In this document: one piece after another, positions 28,895 to 44,600 of the stretch
How positions within the stretch are numbered: the stretch's first letter is position 1
How the letters are laid out: each line of letters opens with the position of its first letter
Source of the DNA: the human T2T-CHM13v2.0 reference genome, Homo sapiens
DNA: 64,000 nt
NCBI RefSeq assembly: GCF_009914755.1
Contig: NC_060929.1
Strand: one strand, 5' to 3'
The notes under the pieces: generated by a model
The model's input: only the letters and a program-made list of their open reading frames with translations
Told to the model about the DNA's origin: nothing
The model's database searches: none
Made by a program: the position numbers and the translations under genes

Positions 28895-29939
28895 TGTCTC
28901 ATTTTATTTTTGAGTAGTGACTTTCCAAACAATCAGATATCTAAGCAGCTCCTTTTCCTTCTTCCTCCAGGCTGTCCACCATCGCCTTTCCCTTAGCTTC
29001 CATCTTTCCTTGTGACATGAGGAATTGCTGAGGATTTAGATCACTACAAACTCAGCACTTCAACTTTCCTCAGGGGACAATTTGGCAGGTTGAGCCCTTT
29101 TTGACCCATTTTTAGCCATTGATTTCTGATGCATCCTTTCTTCTTGTCATAACTGGGGAAATGTCAGGACCTTTGTTTTGAAATCTAAATGGCACTATCT
29201 TTCAAGGTTGATAATATCTTCAAGGTGGAATTGGGAACATTGCGTGCTTGCCTTAATTGTACCCAGACTCCCAGGTTGGCATATAACCTGGAGGCTCTTT
29301 CTTGGAAAGAACACTTTTTGTGGAAATGATGCCAAGGAAGAATAAAAGTAGTTTATCAGAGGGAAGTGTTTCATGCTAATGAAGAATTAGAATCAACTTC
29401 TCCCAAGTTTATCACAGCACCATCAACCCAGGCTGACACAGAGTAGGTGCTGGCTGAGTGTTACCTGAACAAGTCTAACCCGCAGGAAAGTTGGGCTCTT
29501 GTTACCACTGACATGAATTGTCCAGTGCTGGACCAGAGCACCCAGGAGTCAGGACCATAGACACAGGCTATTCTATTTGATGACATCTGGAACAATCTAT
29601 GCATTCACAAGGTGTTTTGTGGAGTTCAGAAGTTTCTTTGTTGTCATTCTTCCATCTATGCCATGACCGCTTCCTTTTTTTCTATCTCTGTGTCACTCCA
29701 GTTCACTTCTCTTCCCAATTTTGGCTTGTTTAGCCTTCATTCCTCAAACATGGCCAAAAAAACCATAGACTTTAAGAGAATGAAGATGTACTAGTAGCTT
29801 TGTATTCCAATGCCCTCATTTCACAGATGAAGAAATTGAAGATTAATCATGTTACATGATTGGCTTAAGATCATATAACTGGTAAAATTTATAATTAAAT
29901 GAGTGTAATTACAATTATGATTATGTAAATAAGTGAAAA

Positions 29940-30018
29940 ATTATTTATTATGTGCCAGACACTGCTAAAGTGATTTACAAATATCACAACCCTTTCAGTG
30001 ACTAAAAAGGTAGGTATA
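29940..30018 (-). mobile_element. MIR, left part (resumes at ~39541)
   Basis: TTATTATGTGCCAGACACTGCTAAAGTGATTTACA...GGTAGGTA; colinear with the MIR at 39541-39695. Confidence 0.6.
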
Positions 30019-30078
30019 TGTGATGGGTGTTTTGATATGTCAACTTGGCCAGCCCAGTCTCCAATTATTCAATCAAGT
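30019..30078 (+). mobile_element. MLT2D-like ERVL LTR, 5' part (resumes at ~39240)
   Basis: TGTGATGG...ATGTCAACTTGGC...TTATTCAATCAA matches the MLT2D start. Confidence 0.7.
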
Positions 30079-31758
30079 TGCTATTCTGGGAGGACTGGCA
30101 TCAGGAAGATGGCAGAATAGGACTCTCTCGTGCTTGTCCCCCACAATTCGAACAACTACTCATGCACAAACATGCCTTCACAAGAACTAAGGAATCAGGA
30201 GAGAGATTACAGCATCTGGGGGTAACACAGAAATAAGAGAAGATGCATTGAAGAGTGCAGGAAGAACAGTTTTACATTACCCTCACCACGTTCCTCCCAA
30301 CCCCAGGCAGCACAACATGTAGACAGAAACCTCCTGTGTTGGGGAAGAAGAGGGAGGTGAGCACTGGACTTTGCCATTGACTCCAACACCAGGCCCACCT
30401 CAGTAAAAACCAACATGGGGACATGGCAGATCCCCATGGCCCCAGGCTTCAGACTGGCACCCATGGACTGAGCTTCCAAGTTCCCCCCAGTTGCCATGGG
30501 GGATCCCACAGTTTCAGGCCTGCCCTGTGATTTTCATCTCCAGGCCTTTCCCACCTTCAGGCTGACCTTGGCAGCCTCAGGTTCCAAACCAACCTCAGCA
30601 TTGGGTCAACCTCAACATCCCTGAACTTCAAAAGCCTACCCTAGTTCCAGGCCAAGCCCCACAAACTCAGGCTCCAGGCCACCCTAAAAGCCACAGGCTG
30701 ACCCCCACAGCCCCAGACTCTTGGCCAGTATCTGTGGACTGAGCCTCCAGGATTACCCTGGTGCCAGATCTGATCCTGCATCGCCAGGCCTGCCTGGTAG
30801 ATGCAGTCTCTGGGCCTGTCCCACTGCCAGGCTGACCCCAGTGACCCTAGGCCCCAGCACCAGGCCAGTCCCAGCAGTTCCAGACTTTAGGCCTTCCCTA
30901 GTGCCAAGCCAGCCCCCCATGGACTCAGACTGTAGTGCCACCTCAGGGCCAAGCTGGCCCCAGTGACCCCAGACTTTGGACTACCACCAGAACCAGGCTG
31001 GCCCACCTCAGCACCAAGCCAGCCCCTGAAGTCCTAGTCATCAGACCACCACCTGCAGACCCAGCCTCTAGGTTGGCTCCCTGTGGATACAGGTTCCAGG
31101 CTTACCTAGCACCAGGCCAACCCCTAGAGCCCCAGGCTCCAGCCCAGCTCATTTCCAGACTATCCTTGAGTCAAGTTAGCCACTAGAGCCCCCATACCAA
31201 GTCTGTGCTCCTGGTCTTAGGCATCAGGCTGGCACCCACGGACACAGACTCCAGGCCTGCCCAATGCCAGGCCAGTCCCTGGAGCCTCAAACTCTAGCAG
31301 CCCAGGGTCCAGGTCTCCAGCAGACTGAGTTTAGGTCCACCACAGTAGACCATAGTCCCAGGCCAGCCACCACAGACTAAGGCTCCAGGCCCATTCCTAC
31401 AGAGCCAGCACCTATACCCACCCCCTCAAACTCAGGCCTGTCCCAGTGCCAGGATAGCCCCCATGGGCTCAGGCTCCAGGCCCAATCCAGTGAGCCCAGG
31501 TGTGAGGTCCGTCCCAGTACCTGGCTGGCTCCTATAGACTTAGGTTCAAGGCCCACCCCAGCACCAGGTCAGATATTATGGACCCAGGATCCAGGTCAGC
31601 TCCCCCAGACATAGGATACAGGCTCATACTTGTTGACCCAGCCTCAAGGCCTACTCCTTTAAACCCAATTAGCAGATATACCCCCATGGTTCTAGGCTTC
31701 AGGCCCACCCACCTGCTGACCAAGGACCAGGACAGCTGACCTAAGGACTCCAACAGCA

Positions 31759-32371
31759 TGGTGGGACTGTAAACTAGTTCAACCATTGCAGAAGACAGTG
31801 TTGCGATTCCTCAAGGATCTAAAACTAGAAATGCCATTTGACCCAGCCATCCCATTACTGGGTATATACACAAAGGATTATAAATCATGCTGCTATAAAG
31901 ACACATGCACACGTTATGTTTATTGCGGCACTATTCACAATAGCAAAGACTTGGAACAACCCAAATGTCCATCAATGATAGACTGGATTAAGAAAATGTG
32001 GCACATATACACCATGGAATACTACGTAGCCATAAAAAAGGATGAGTTCATGTCCTCTGTAGGCACGTGGATGAAGCTGGAAACCATCATTCTCAGCAAA
32101 CTATTGCAAGAACAAAAAACCAAACACCACATGTTCTCACCCATAGGTGGGAATTGAACAATGAGAACACTTGGACACAGGAAGGGGAACATCACACACC
32201 GGGCACTGTTGTGGGATGGGGGGAGTGGGGAGGGATAGCATTAGAAGATATACCTAATGTAAATGATGAGTTAATGTGTACAGCACACCAACATGGCACA
32301 TGTATACATATGTAACAAACCTGCACATTGTGCACATGTACCCTAGAACTTAAAATTAAAAAAAAAAAAAA
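31759..32371 (+). mobile_element. 5'-truncated L1PA5-like insertion with 16-bp TSD
   Basis: TSD AAGGACTCCAACAGCA at 31743-31758 and 32372-32387; ORF2 C-terminus, 3'UTR and poly(A). Confidence 0.92.
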
Positions 32372-34766
32372 AAGGACTCCAACAGCAAACCAGCCTGTGG
32401 ACCATGCCACATAGCCTACCTAGAATCTCTGCATGGGCTGAGTGGTAAAGAGCTTTCTTAAACAAAGCCATTCTGCAAAGACTGCAGTAAGTTCTTATTT
32501 CTTCAATTGTGTGGACATCAATTTAGTCAACAAGAAACATGAAAAACCAAGAAAATATACCAGCACCAGAAGAGTAGAACAATCTCCCAATGGCTGACCC
32601 AAAAGAAATGGAGATTTATAAGTTGCCTGGCAACTAATTCAAAATAATTTTAAGAAAGTTAGCACACTTGAAAATATACAGAAACAATTCAATGAAATAA
32701 AATAAACCAAAATTATCCATTTAACTGTAAGATTATGTTTTAAAAAAACACACTCTAGAACTGAAAAATATAGTGAATGAAATTTAAAATGGAATAGAGA
32801 GCATTAACCACAGAATTGATCAACGTAAGAAAGAATCTGAACTCAAAGACAGCCTATTTGAAAATATACAGCCAGAGAAGAAAGAAAATGAAAAGGAATG
32901 AGGAAAGTTTAAGGAATTTATGAACACCATCAAAAAAGCTAATATTCAAGTTGTAGGTGGTCAAAAAGAAGAAAGAGGTTGAAAGATTAAAAAAAAAAAG
33001 CAGAAAATGTAAATATCCAGGTACAGGGAGGCCAAAGATCTCTAAGAAGATTCAATCCAAACAAGATTACACTAAGACATATTATAAAACACAAAAGTGC
33101 AACAAAGTTGTCCTTCAGAAATGAAAGAGAGATAAGGACTTTCCCAGATGAACAAGGTGAAGGAATTTATCATCACCAGACATGTCTTACAAGAAATGCT
33201 AAAAGGAATTCAAGCTAAAAGGACACTAGTAACATGAAAATGTGTTAAAGTATTAAACTTACTGGTAAAAGTACATAGTCAAATTCTTGGTACTCTAATA
33301 CTGTAATGATAATGTGTAAATCAATAATATCTTTAGTATGAAGATGAAAAGAAAACCATTAAAAATAATAGATACAATAATTTGGTATGGGATGCACAAT
33401 ACAAGATGTAAATTGTGACAGCAAAATGTGGAGCGAGAGGAAGTAAAAGTGTAGAGTTTTTTTATGCAATCAAAGTTAAGTTGTTATCAGCTTAAAATAG
33501 CCTGTTATAACCATAAGATGTTTTATGTAAGCCTCATGGTAACTAGAAAGCAACAATCTATAGTGGATACACAAAAGGTAAAAAGTAAGGAATCAAAGCA
33601 TACTGCTAGAGAAAAATCACCTGAACACAAAAGAAGACAGCAAAAGATGCAGTAAAAAAAAATAAATAAAATCTATAAAACAACCAGTAGTAAGTTCTTA
33701 CCTATCAATTACCTTGACTGTAAATGGATTACATTCTCCAATTGAAAGAGTGGATGAATGGAATAAAAAACAAGACCCAACTATATGCTGCCTACAAGTA
33801 TATGTATGTCGCACTTAAGGATATACATATACTAAAAGTGAAGGGATGAAAAAAGATGTTCCATGCAAATAGAAACCAAGAGATCAAGGGTAGACATAGT
33901 TACATCAGATTAAATAGACTAAAGTTAAAAGCTATAAAGCAATACAAAGAAGGTCATTCTATGGTGATTAGGAGTCAATTCAGAGGATATAACAATTTTA
34001 AATATATATGCATCTAACATTAGAGTACCTATATATAAAACAAATATTAATAGCTATTAAGGGAAACAGATGATAATCCAACTGTAGGGGACTTCAGTAC
34101 TCCACTTTCAGCAATGGACAGGTCATCCAAATGAAATAAAAAAATCAAACTTTAGAAAAAATGGAACTAACAGACATGAACAAGAACATTCCATCCAACA
34201 CATTCTTCTCAAGTGCAAATGATACATTCTCTAGGATAGATCATGTTAGGCCACAAAACAAGTCTTAAAGAAGATTGAAATATCAAGTATTTTTCCAATC
34301 ACAATGGTATAAAACTAGAAATCAATATCATGAAAATTTTTGGAAAACTCACAAATACATGGAAATTAAACTCCAACCAACCAATGGGTCAATGAAGAAA
34401 TTAAAATATCTTGAGACAAACAAAAATGGAAACACAACATACCAAAACTTATAGGATGCAACAATAGAAATTTCAAGAGGAAAGTTTATAGCAATAAACA
34501 TCTACATCAAAAAAGATTTTATTTGAACAATCTAAAGTTGCACCTCAAGAAATTAGACAAAGAACAAGCTAAGCCCAAAGTTGGTATAAGGAAATGAAGA
34601 TCAGAGAAGAAATAAATAGATCCTAGAAAAACAATAAAAAGACCAGGGAAACTAAGTTCGTTTTATGAAAACAAAATTAACAAACTAGAAATGAAAGGAG
34701 AAATTACAATACTACAGAAATAGGAATAAGGGAATACTAACACACATCAATAAATTAAATAATCTA

Positions 34767-36921
<2,155 letters not shown>

Positions 36922-39239
36922 AAATTAAACAATCTAGAAGAAACGTATACATTCCTAGACACATAAAACCTTACAGGACTGAATTATAAAGAAATGGAAC
37001 ATGTGAACAGATCAATAATAAGAAGACTGAATCAGTAATGAAAAGTCTCCCATCAAAGAAAAGCTCAGAATCTGATGGCTTCACTTTTCATTTCCAAACA
37101 TTTAAAGAACAAAAACAAATCCTCCTCTAACTCTCCAAAGAATCAAAGGAAATACTTCTGTATTTTATGAGGGCAGCATTATGTGGGTACTAAAACCAGA
37201 CAAGAACATTACAAAAAAACTTAAGAAAAAACAAGTCAGACTGTCCCTGTTTATAGATGACATCATCTTACATATAGAAAACCCTAACTCCACCAAAAAA
37301 CTTTTAGAACAAATTCAGTGAAGTTTCAGGATACAAAGTCAACATATAAAAATCAGTAGCTTTTTTATACAGTAACAACTATTCAAAAATTAAATCAAGA
37401 AACTAATCCAATATACAACATCTACAAAAAAAAAAAAAAACCACTTAGGAATAAATTTACTCGAGAAAGTAAAACACCTCTCATTGAACACTATAAAATG
37501 TTGATGAAAGAAATTGAAAAAGAAATAGATATGTGTTTATGGGTTGGAAGATTATTAAAATGTCCATACTACCTAAAGTGAAATACAGGTTCAACACCAT
37601 CGCTATCAGAACTCCAATGACATTTCTCACAGAAGTAGAAAAAAATACCCTAAAATTTGTATGGAACCACAAAAGACCCTGAATAGCCAAGGCAATCTTG
37701 AGCAAAAAGAACAAAGCTGGAGGCATCACACTCTCCAACTTCAAAATATTCTGTAGACATACAGTGATCAAAACAGCATGATACTGGCATAAAAATAGGT
37801 ACATACACCAACAGAACAGAATAGAGAACCCAGAAATAAACCCACACATTTATAGTCAATTTTTTCAAACAAAGTTGCCAAGAACAGATAATAGGGAAAG
37901 GACAGTCTCTGAAATAAATAGTGTTGGGAAAACTAGATGTCCATGTGCAGAAGAAAACTAGACCTCATCTCATAGCATATAAAAAAACCTGCAAATGAAT
38001 TAAAGACTTAAACATAAGGCCTAGAAACTATAGAAAACTATGAGAAAACAGAGGAAAAGCTCTATGAGATTGGCCTGGGCATTGAGTCTTTTGGATACAA
38101 CCCCAAAATCATAGGCAATTAAAGCAAAAGTAGACAAATGGGATTATGCCAAACTAAAAACCTCCTGTAGATCAAAGGAAATAAAAGTGAAGAGACAACC
38201 TAAAGAATGGAAGAAAATATTCACAAAATATACATCTGATAAGGAGTAAATATCCAAAATATATAAGGAATAAAAAATACCCTCAATTATAAGAGAATAA
38301 CCCTATTAAAAATGTACAAAGGACCTAAATAGACGTTTGTCAAAGACAGACATACAAATGACCAATGGTTATGTGAGAAATCACTCAGCATCACTAATCA
38401 TCAGAAAATGCATTTTAAAACCACAAAGATTACCTCACACCTGTTAGAACTGCTATTATCAAGAAAACAAAAGTACTGGTGAGGCTGTGAAGAAAAGCGA
38501 ACTCGTGTATACTGTTGGTGGGAATGTAAATTAGCACAGCCATTATGGAAAACAGTATGGAGGTTTCTCCAAATATTAAAACAAGAACTACTCTATGAAG
38601 TAGCAATCCCACTGCTGGGTATATATCTAAAGGGAATAAAATCAGTATGTCAAAGAAATATCTGCACTCCCATGTTTATTGCAACATGATTCACAATAGC
38701 CAAGATATAGACCCAACCTAAGTGCCCATCGATGGATGAAAGGATAAAGAAAATATGGTATATATACAAGATAGAATACTATTCCACCTTTAAAAAGAAA
38801 AAAATCCTTTAATTTGCAACAATATGAATGAAACTAGAAGACAAACTAAAATTATCCAGGCACAGAAAGACAAATATCACATGATCTCACATGTGGATTC
38901 TAAAAACATTGAACTCATCTATGTAGAAGAATAAAGTGGTGGTCATCAGAGGCTGGGGACAGGGAGAGAGTTCGGGAGTGTTGGTCAAAGGATAGTTTCA
39001 AAAGAAAAGTAAGTTAAAGAGATCTATTGTACAGCATGGTGACTACAGTTAATAGCAATGCATTCTTTAAAAATCAATCAGAGTAGATTTTAAGTGTTCT
39101 CACCACAAAAACAATAAATAATGTGAGGTAATACATATGTCAATTAGCTCAGCTGAGCCATCCCACAACGTGTACATATTTCAGAACATGTTGTTCCTAA
39201 TATATTTGTATTGGTAAATTTTAAAAAGAAAAAGGAATA

Positions 39240-39540
39240 TAATAGTAATCTGTTGCCTTGAAAGTATTTTTTTAAGATGTAATTAAAGTTCATAGTTAGT
39301 TGACCTTAAGTAAAGGAAATATCCTAGATCATCTGGATAGACCTTAAGGGCAGGGCTCAGGCTTCAGAGAGAGACATGGGGGTTAGGGGCAGAATTCCAA
39401 CCACGGACAGGACAGCAACTATGGATTTTGCACTTTCTTGGCCAGCCACAATGGCATAAGCCAGTTCTGATTAATACATGTTTTAAAAACTATATTTGCT
39501 ACTGGTTCTGCTTTTCTAGTGGGACCCAATGGCTATAGTA
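39240..39540 (+). mobile_element. MLT2D-like LTR, 3' part
   Basis: TAATCTGTTGCCTTGAAAGTATTT...AGTTGACCTTAAGTAAAGGA...CTACTGGTTCTGCTTTTCT continues the LTR begun at 30019. Confidence 0.7.
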
Positions 39541-39695
39541 CTATTGTTATTAGGCCCATTCCACAGATGGGAAAACTGAGGATGTGGAGAAATTAGTTAA
39601 TATGTCCAAGATCACATAGCTAAATTGTAGTCAGGATTCAAAGCGAAGCACCCTAATTCCAAAATCTTGGGTCTTATCCATCACTGCCTCTCCAG
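39541..39695 (-). mobile_element. MIR, right part
   Basis: CCCATTCCACAGATGGGAAAACTGAGG...CCAAGATCACATAGCTA...CAGGATTCAAA. Confidence 0.75.
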
Positions 39696-40138
39696 GCTAC
39701 AAAGTGACATAAATCATTGTCTTGCTCCTAGCTTGTTTTTTTTTTTTTTTTTTTCATTAAAAAGTGCTTAATTACTTATACATTAGCAACAGCAAGCCAG
39801 GAAGCTATGATGAACTGAGCTTAGCAGCTGAGGTGAGATGAGTAGAATAGCTCTAGGAGGGGAGACAGAAACCAACCATTATCCCCTCTGCTTTCTACTT
39901 GGAGCTGACCCAAGCTTGGCACTGGGGGATGCCTCAATTTTAAATCAACTTCATAGTTTTGATTACAGGGTACTGGGCTTATAATTTATAAATAAAGACT
40001 GTGCTGAAACTTAGAATAACTGCAAGATTTGTCACATAAGTGTAACCAGGAAATTTATGGGATACTCAGCTTCTTCTCCAGGGAAGGAACTCTACCAAAT
40101 ACATACAAATGGAATGTGGAAACAAAAATAGACTATTA

Positions 40139-40771
40139 CAGTCTATCGTTGTTGGACATTTGGGTTGGTTCCAAGTCTTTGCTATTGTGAATAGTGCCAC
40201 AATAAACATACGTGTGCATGTGTCTTTATAGCAGTGTGATTTATAATCCTTTGGGTATATACCAGGTAATGGAATTGCTGGATCAAATGGTATTTCTAGT
40301 TCCAGATCCCTGAGGAATCGCCACACTGACTTCCACAATGGTTGAACTAGTTTACAGTCCCACCAACAGTGTAAAAGTGTTCCTATTTCTCCGCATCCGA
40401 AAATGTGGCACATATACACCGTGGAATACTATGCAGTCATAAAAAAGGATGAGTTCATGTCCTTTGTAGGGACATGGATGAAGCTGGAAACCATCATTCT
40501 CAGCAAACTATTGCAAGGACAAAAAACCAAACACCACATGTTCTCACTCATAGGTGGGAACTGAACAATGAGAACATATGGACACAGGAAGGGGAACATC
40601 ACACACTGGGGCCTGTTGTGGGGTGGCAGGAGGGGGGAGGGATAGCATTTGGAGATATACCTAATGTTAAATGACGAGTTACTGGGTGCAGCACACCAAC
40701 ATGGCACATGTATACATATGTAACTAACCTGCACATTGTGCACATGTACCCTAAAGCTTAAAATATAATAA
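40139..40771 (+). mobile_element. L1PA3/4-like short insertion with 5' inversion
   Basis: Inverted ORF2 segment 40139-40398, sense segment 40399-40771; imperfect TSD at 40124-40140 and 40772-40787. Confidence 0.88.
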
Positions 40772-41061
40772 AAAAATGACAATTACAAAAAAAAAAGATG
40801 CAATGACACAATTGTATGAGACAAGCCTGTTGTATATAAAACTTAGCACCCTCAATGCCCTAGAAGTTGGAAGCTTTGTTCGGAGAACATAGAACTGTTT
40901 TATCTTCTTCAAGGATTCTTTACAGTTTTAGGTGCTTGGAGCTGTAGGCTCAGAGATACCTGTTTCTTTGAAGTTACTCATGGAGTGAGTGACTATTGAT
41001 TGTCAATATGAGAAGAACAAAATGCAAGCAAACAATTTCTTTTTTCCTCAACTTCTAGAAA

Positions 41062-41690
41062 TAAAAACTCCACAAAACGTATAACATAAAATTTACTATC
41101 TTAATCATTTTAAAGTGTGTGGTTCAGCAGCATTAAGTATATTCACAGTATTGTTAAAATAGATCTCCAGAACTTTTTAATCTTGCAAATAAACTCTCTA
41201 CCCATTACAAAACAAGTCTCCAGCAATCACCATTCTACTTCTTGTCTCTATGAATTCAACTAATTTATATACCTCTTATAAATGGAATAACACAGTATTT
41301 GCCTTTTTGTGACTGGCTTATTGCACTTAGCATATGTCCTCAAGATTTATCCATGTTGTAGCATGTATCAAAACTTAATTCCTTTTTAAGGCTGAATAAT
41401 ATTCAATTGTGTGTGTACACTACATTTTGTTTATCTGTTCATCTGTCCATAAACATGGGATTGTTTCCACCTCTTGGCTATTATGAATAATGCCACAATA
41501 AACATGGAGGATATGTATATTTCTTCTTTTAGTTCTTTTGGATATATACTAGAAGTGGGATTGCTGGGTCACATGGTAGTTCTATTTTTTATTTTTTGAG
41601 AGACTGCCATACTCTTTTCCATAGTGGCTGCACCATTTTACGTTCCTAACAGCTCAGAAGGGTTCCAATTTCTCTACATCCTCTTCTTTC
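41062..41690 (-). mobile_element. L1MA/MB 3' end fragment
   Basis: Reverse L1M 3'UTR (CATTAAGTATATTCACAGT, TGTGACTGGCTTATTGCACTTAGCAT, TTCCATAGTGGCTGCACCATTTTAC). Confidence 0.85.
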
Positions 41691-44600
41691 CTTACCATTT
41701 AAAGCAAGCCTCTGTTTTAATATGAGAAGTTATGCATCTTTTCCTTTCCACTATGGCAAGAACACTTCTGCTTCTGTGACAAAGTGCCTCTTTCACTAAT
41801 GGAAGTTTCACTGAACCACTTGCTGAGAAGGATGTGCTTTCTCTAATCCATAAAGGGAGATAATTGTCAAATGTGTAAAACGCAGAGAATCAGGCAGAGC
41901 TGCTGCTAGACTGGTAATCTTGGGTCTTGAATGTGCACCATTTAAAATTTCTTGGCTTCCTTCATGAAAGACAAAGTAAAAGAAAGCAAAATCAACCCCA
42001 AGTTCCACAGAAAGCAAAATAAGTTTCCATTAACCTGAGTGGTAAAAGAAAGCAATTGCATAGGGTTATATTTGGAAAAGCCTCTTTGCATTTCAGTAGT
42101 GTGCTGCCTACAAATATAACCAGCAAATGGAATTCAGGTTGAACAGATAAGATGCAGCATCTAACTGAAGGATTGCCATACATGAAAAACATGTATTTAT
42201 TAGGAGATTACAGTTATGCTCCCTGTTTCTGGGAGATGGCACAAAGGTGCAAATGAGAAACGCAACGTTGGAGCCATATGTGCATTTACACCCAATCATT
42301 CTGTCAGAATTCCACTAACTTCCCCCAAATTGCCTTCTTTGAGAAAATCGTGTCACTATTTACATGGGTTCTTTTCTCTTGACATTTCCCTGTTGGTGCT
42401 CACTGTCACAGAATGTTATGTTTTCCTCCCTTGATTCAAGTCCAGGTCAGAGGCAGGTTAGAAATGAGTGACATATCCATGCAAAACTGACATTTCTAGC
42501 TGAGTTTTCTAGATGACAGCAACCTGAAAATCATCGTGATCCTCTACTCTTGACCAGAGACCCCTTCTCTCCATTCATTTTAAGTTTTCCAGGTTTTCCT
42601 GAGACATAAACAACCATGAGTAGATAGAAATCACTACAAAGAAACCAAAGCAAGCTAATCCTCACTGTGTCCACAGCCAGCCTAGGATCACCTTTGAAGA
42701 GCCTAACCTCATGCCATCTGGTCCAAGCGATGAGCACATTGTCATAGGACACAGGCTATGGGGGTAAAGGGACTGGCAACTGTGTGGCAGGACTGCCTCC
42801 CCAGCCGGGTCAGCCTGACCATCAGAGCTTTGTGAATGCACCTCAGCCTCAGGAGCGTTGTGAGCACTTGCCACTGTCGAAGTCTCTGGTAAGGTGGGGA
42901 AATAGCTGGAAATATGAGAGGGGAATATTTGAGTGTCCCAGTCAGTTTTCCCATATCTTTTCATGTGCTCATTTGCCACCCATAAATCTTTTTTCGTGAA
43001 GTATCTGTTCAAATCTTTTGTGCCTTTGTTACCGAAGGAAACAAAGAGGTAACCCACAGAATGGGAGAAAATATTTGCAAACTATTCACCTCACAAGGGA
43101 TTAATAACCAGAATGTATAAGGAGAGCTCAAACAATGCTATAGGAAAAAGTCTAAATATCCAATTTAAAAATGGGCAAAAAATCTGAATAAACATTTACT
43201 CAAAAGAAGACATAAATGACAAACAGGTGTGTAAAAAGGTTCTCAACATCACTGAACATCAGAGAAATGCAAATCAAAACTACAATGAGATATCATCTCA
43301 CTTCAGTTAAAATGGCTTTCATCCAAAAGACAGGCAATAAGAAATGCTGGTGAAGTTGTGGAGAAAAGAGAACCCTTCTACCCTGTTGGTGGGAACATAA
43401 AGTAGTATAATTACCATGGGGAACAGTTTGGATATTCTTAAAAAAACTAAAAACACATTGCTACCATATGATCCAGCAGTCCCACGGCTGGGTATATACC
43501 GAAAAGAAGAGAAATTAGTGTATCAAAACAATATCTGCACCCCTATGTTTGTCGCAGCACTGTTCACAATAGCCAAGATTTGGAAGCAACCTAAGTATCC
43601 ATCAACAGATGAATAACGTGGGATTCATTTACTAAAACAATTTTAAAGATGGCAGATTAGAGGTAGTGTTAGCATGCCTTTCCCATTTGGAAAGATAAAA
43701 TAGTGAGCAGAGATTCACACTCTGAACTTTTTTCCAAGAAGAAATGCAGAAACTTAGGAAAAATAAATGAAACCAGAATCTTTGAAAGAAGCAGCAAGCT
43801 GCAGCCTACACCATGAGCCAGGTGAAAAACTAAGTTCCTAGAGTGTGAGAGGGAGAGAGACTGCCTCCAGGTTATACACCCCCACCAGGGAACCTGGAAA
43901 TCCAGTCCATGGGGGAAGCCTTAACCCTATCCAGTGCTGGAATTGATACAGGGAACAGTCAGGAATACAAAAGTAGGAGCAATGAGAATGGTCTTGTGCA
44001 CGTTCCCAGTCTCCAGGATGGACCAAGGGAAGCCATTCCTGATTCTGCATCACAGGGGATCTCACAGAAGTCTGCCAACTAACGCAGGCAGCGGTTGCAG
44101 GTTGAAAGAAGCTCCCAACTGAAATTCACAATATAATCTCAAGTGGGGATGAACTCCCTTGGCCAGAACTGGCAAGTGAGTGGGAAGTAGTGTGCTGTAA
44201 CCATGGGCACAGGAGCTGGGCACCCCAGCTCTGTAGGCAGCTGAGGAGGGGCATGGCCTGAAAGCCACAGTTGCTGTCTCTAACGGGAAGGCTTACGTTA
44301 CGGCCTTGTCCATTTCAGTTCTGAGCATAGATGGCCTGGAAATTTAGCAAGCTGCTGCTAGCAAACACTGTTGGTGAGAGACCTGCCTTATCAAGTGTGT
44401 GGGAGCTGGGTGAGGCTTGCTGCCACCTGCTATACCCCACTCCCTGCGTGAACTCTTCTGTCCAGCAGAAGCAGCCACACTCCTTCCTGGAACATTACCC
44501 CAGTGGCCAGAGAACCTCCTGCCTTCTCAACCCCCACAGGGGCCTCTGCTTGCCCTGCATGTGGAGAGCCAGCAGACCTGCCTGACCCAGCCCCCACCTG

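Noticed and set aside
30400-31745. CRISPR-like or novel repeat-spacer array
   Set aside because: Units are degenerate, lack constant repeats with unique spacers, and sit in an L1 5'UTR in human DNA.
31786-32157. ORF2-like C-terminal ORFs here and at 36132, 40066, 43416, 57438, 57874 and 58539
   Set aside because: Frameshifted fragments of dead L1 copies, not independent genes.
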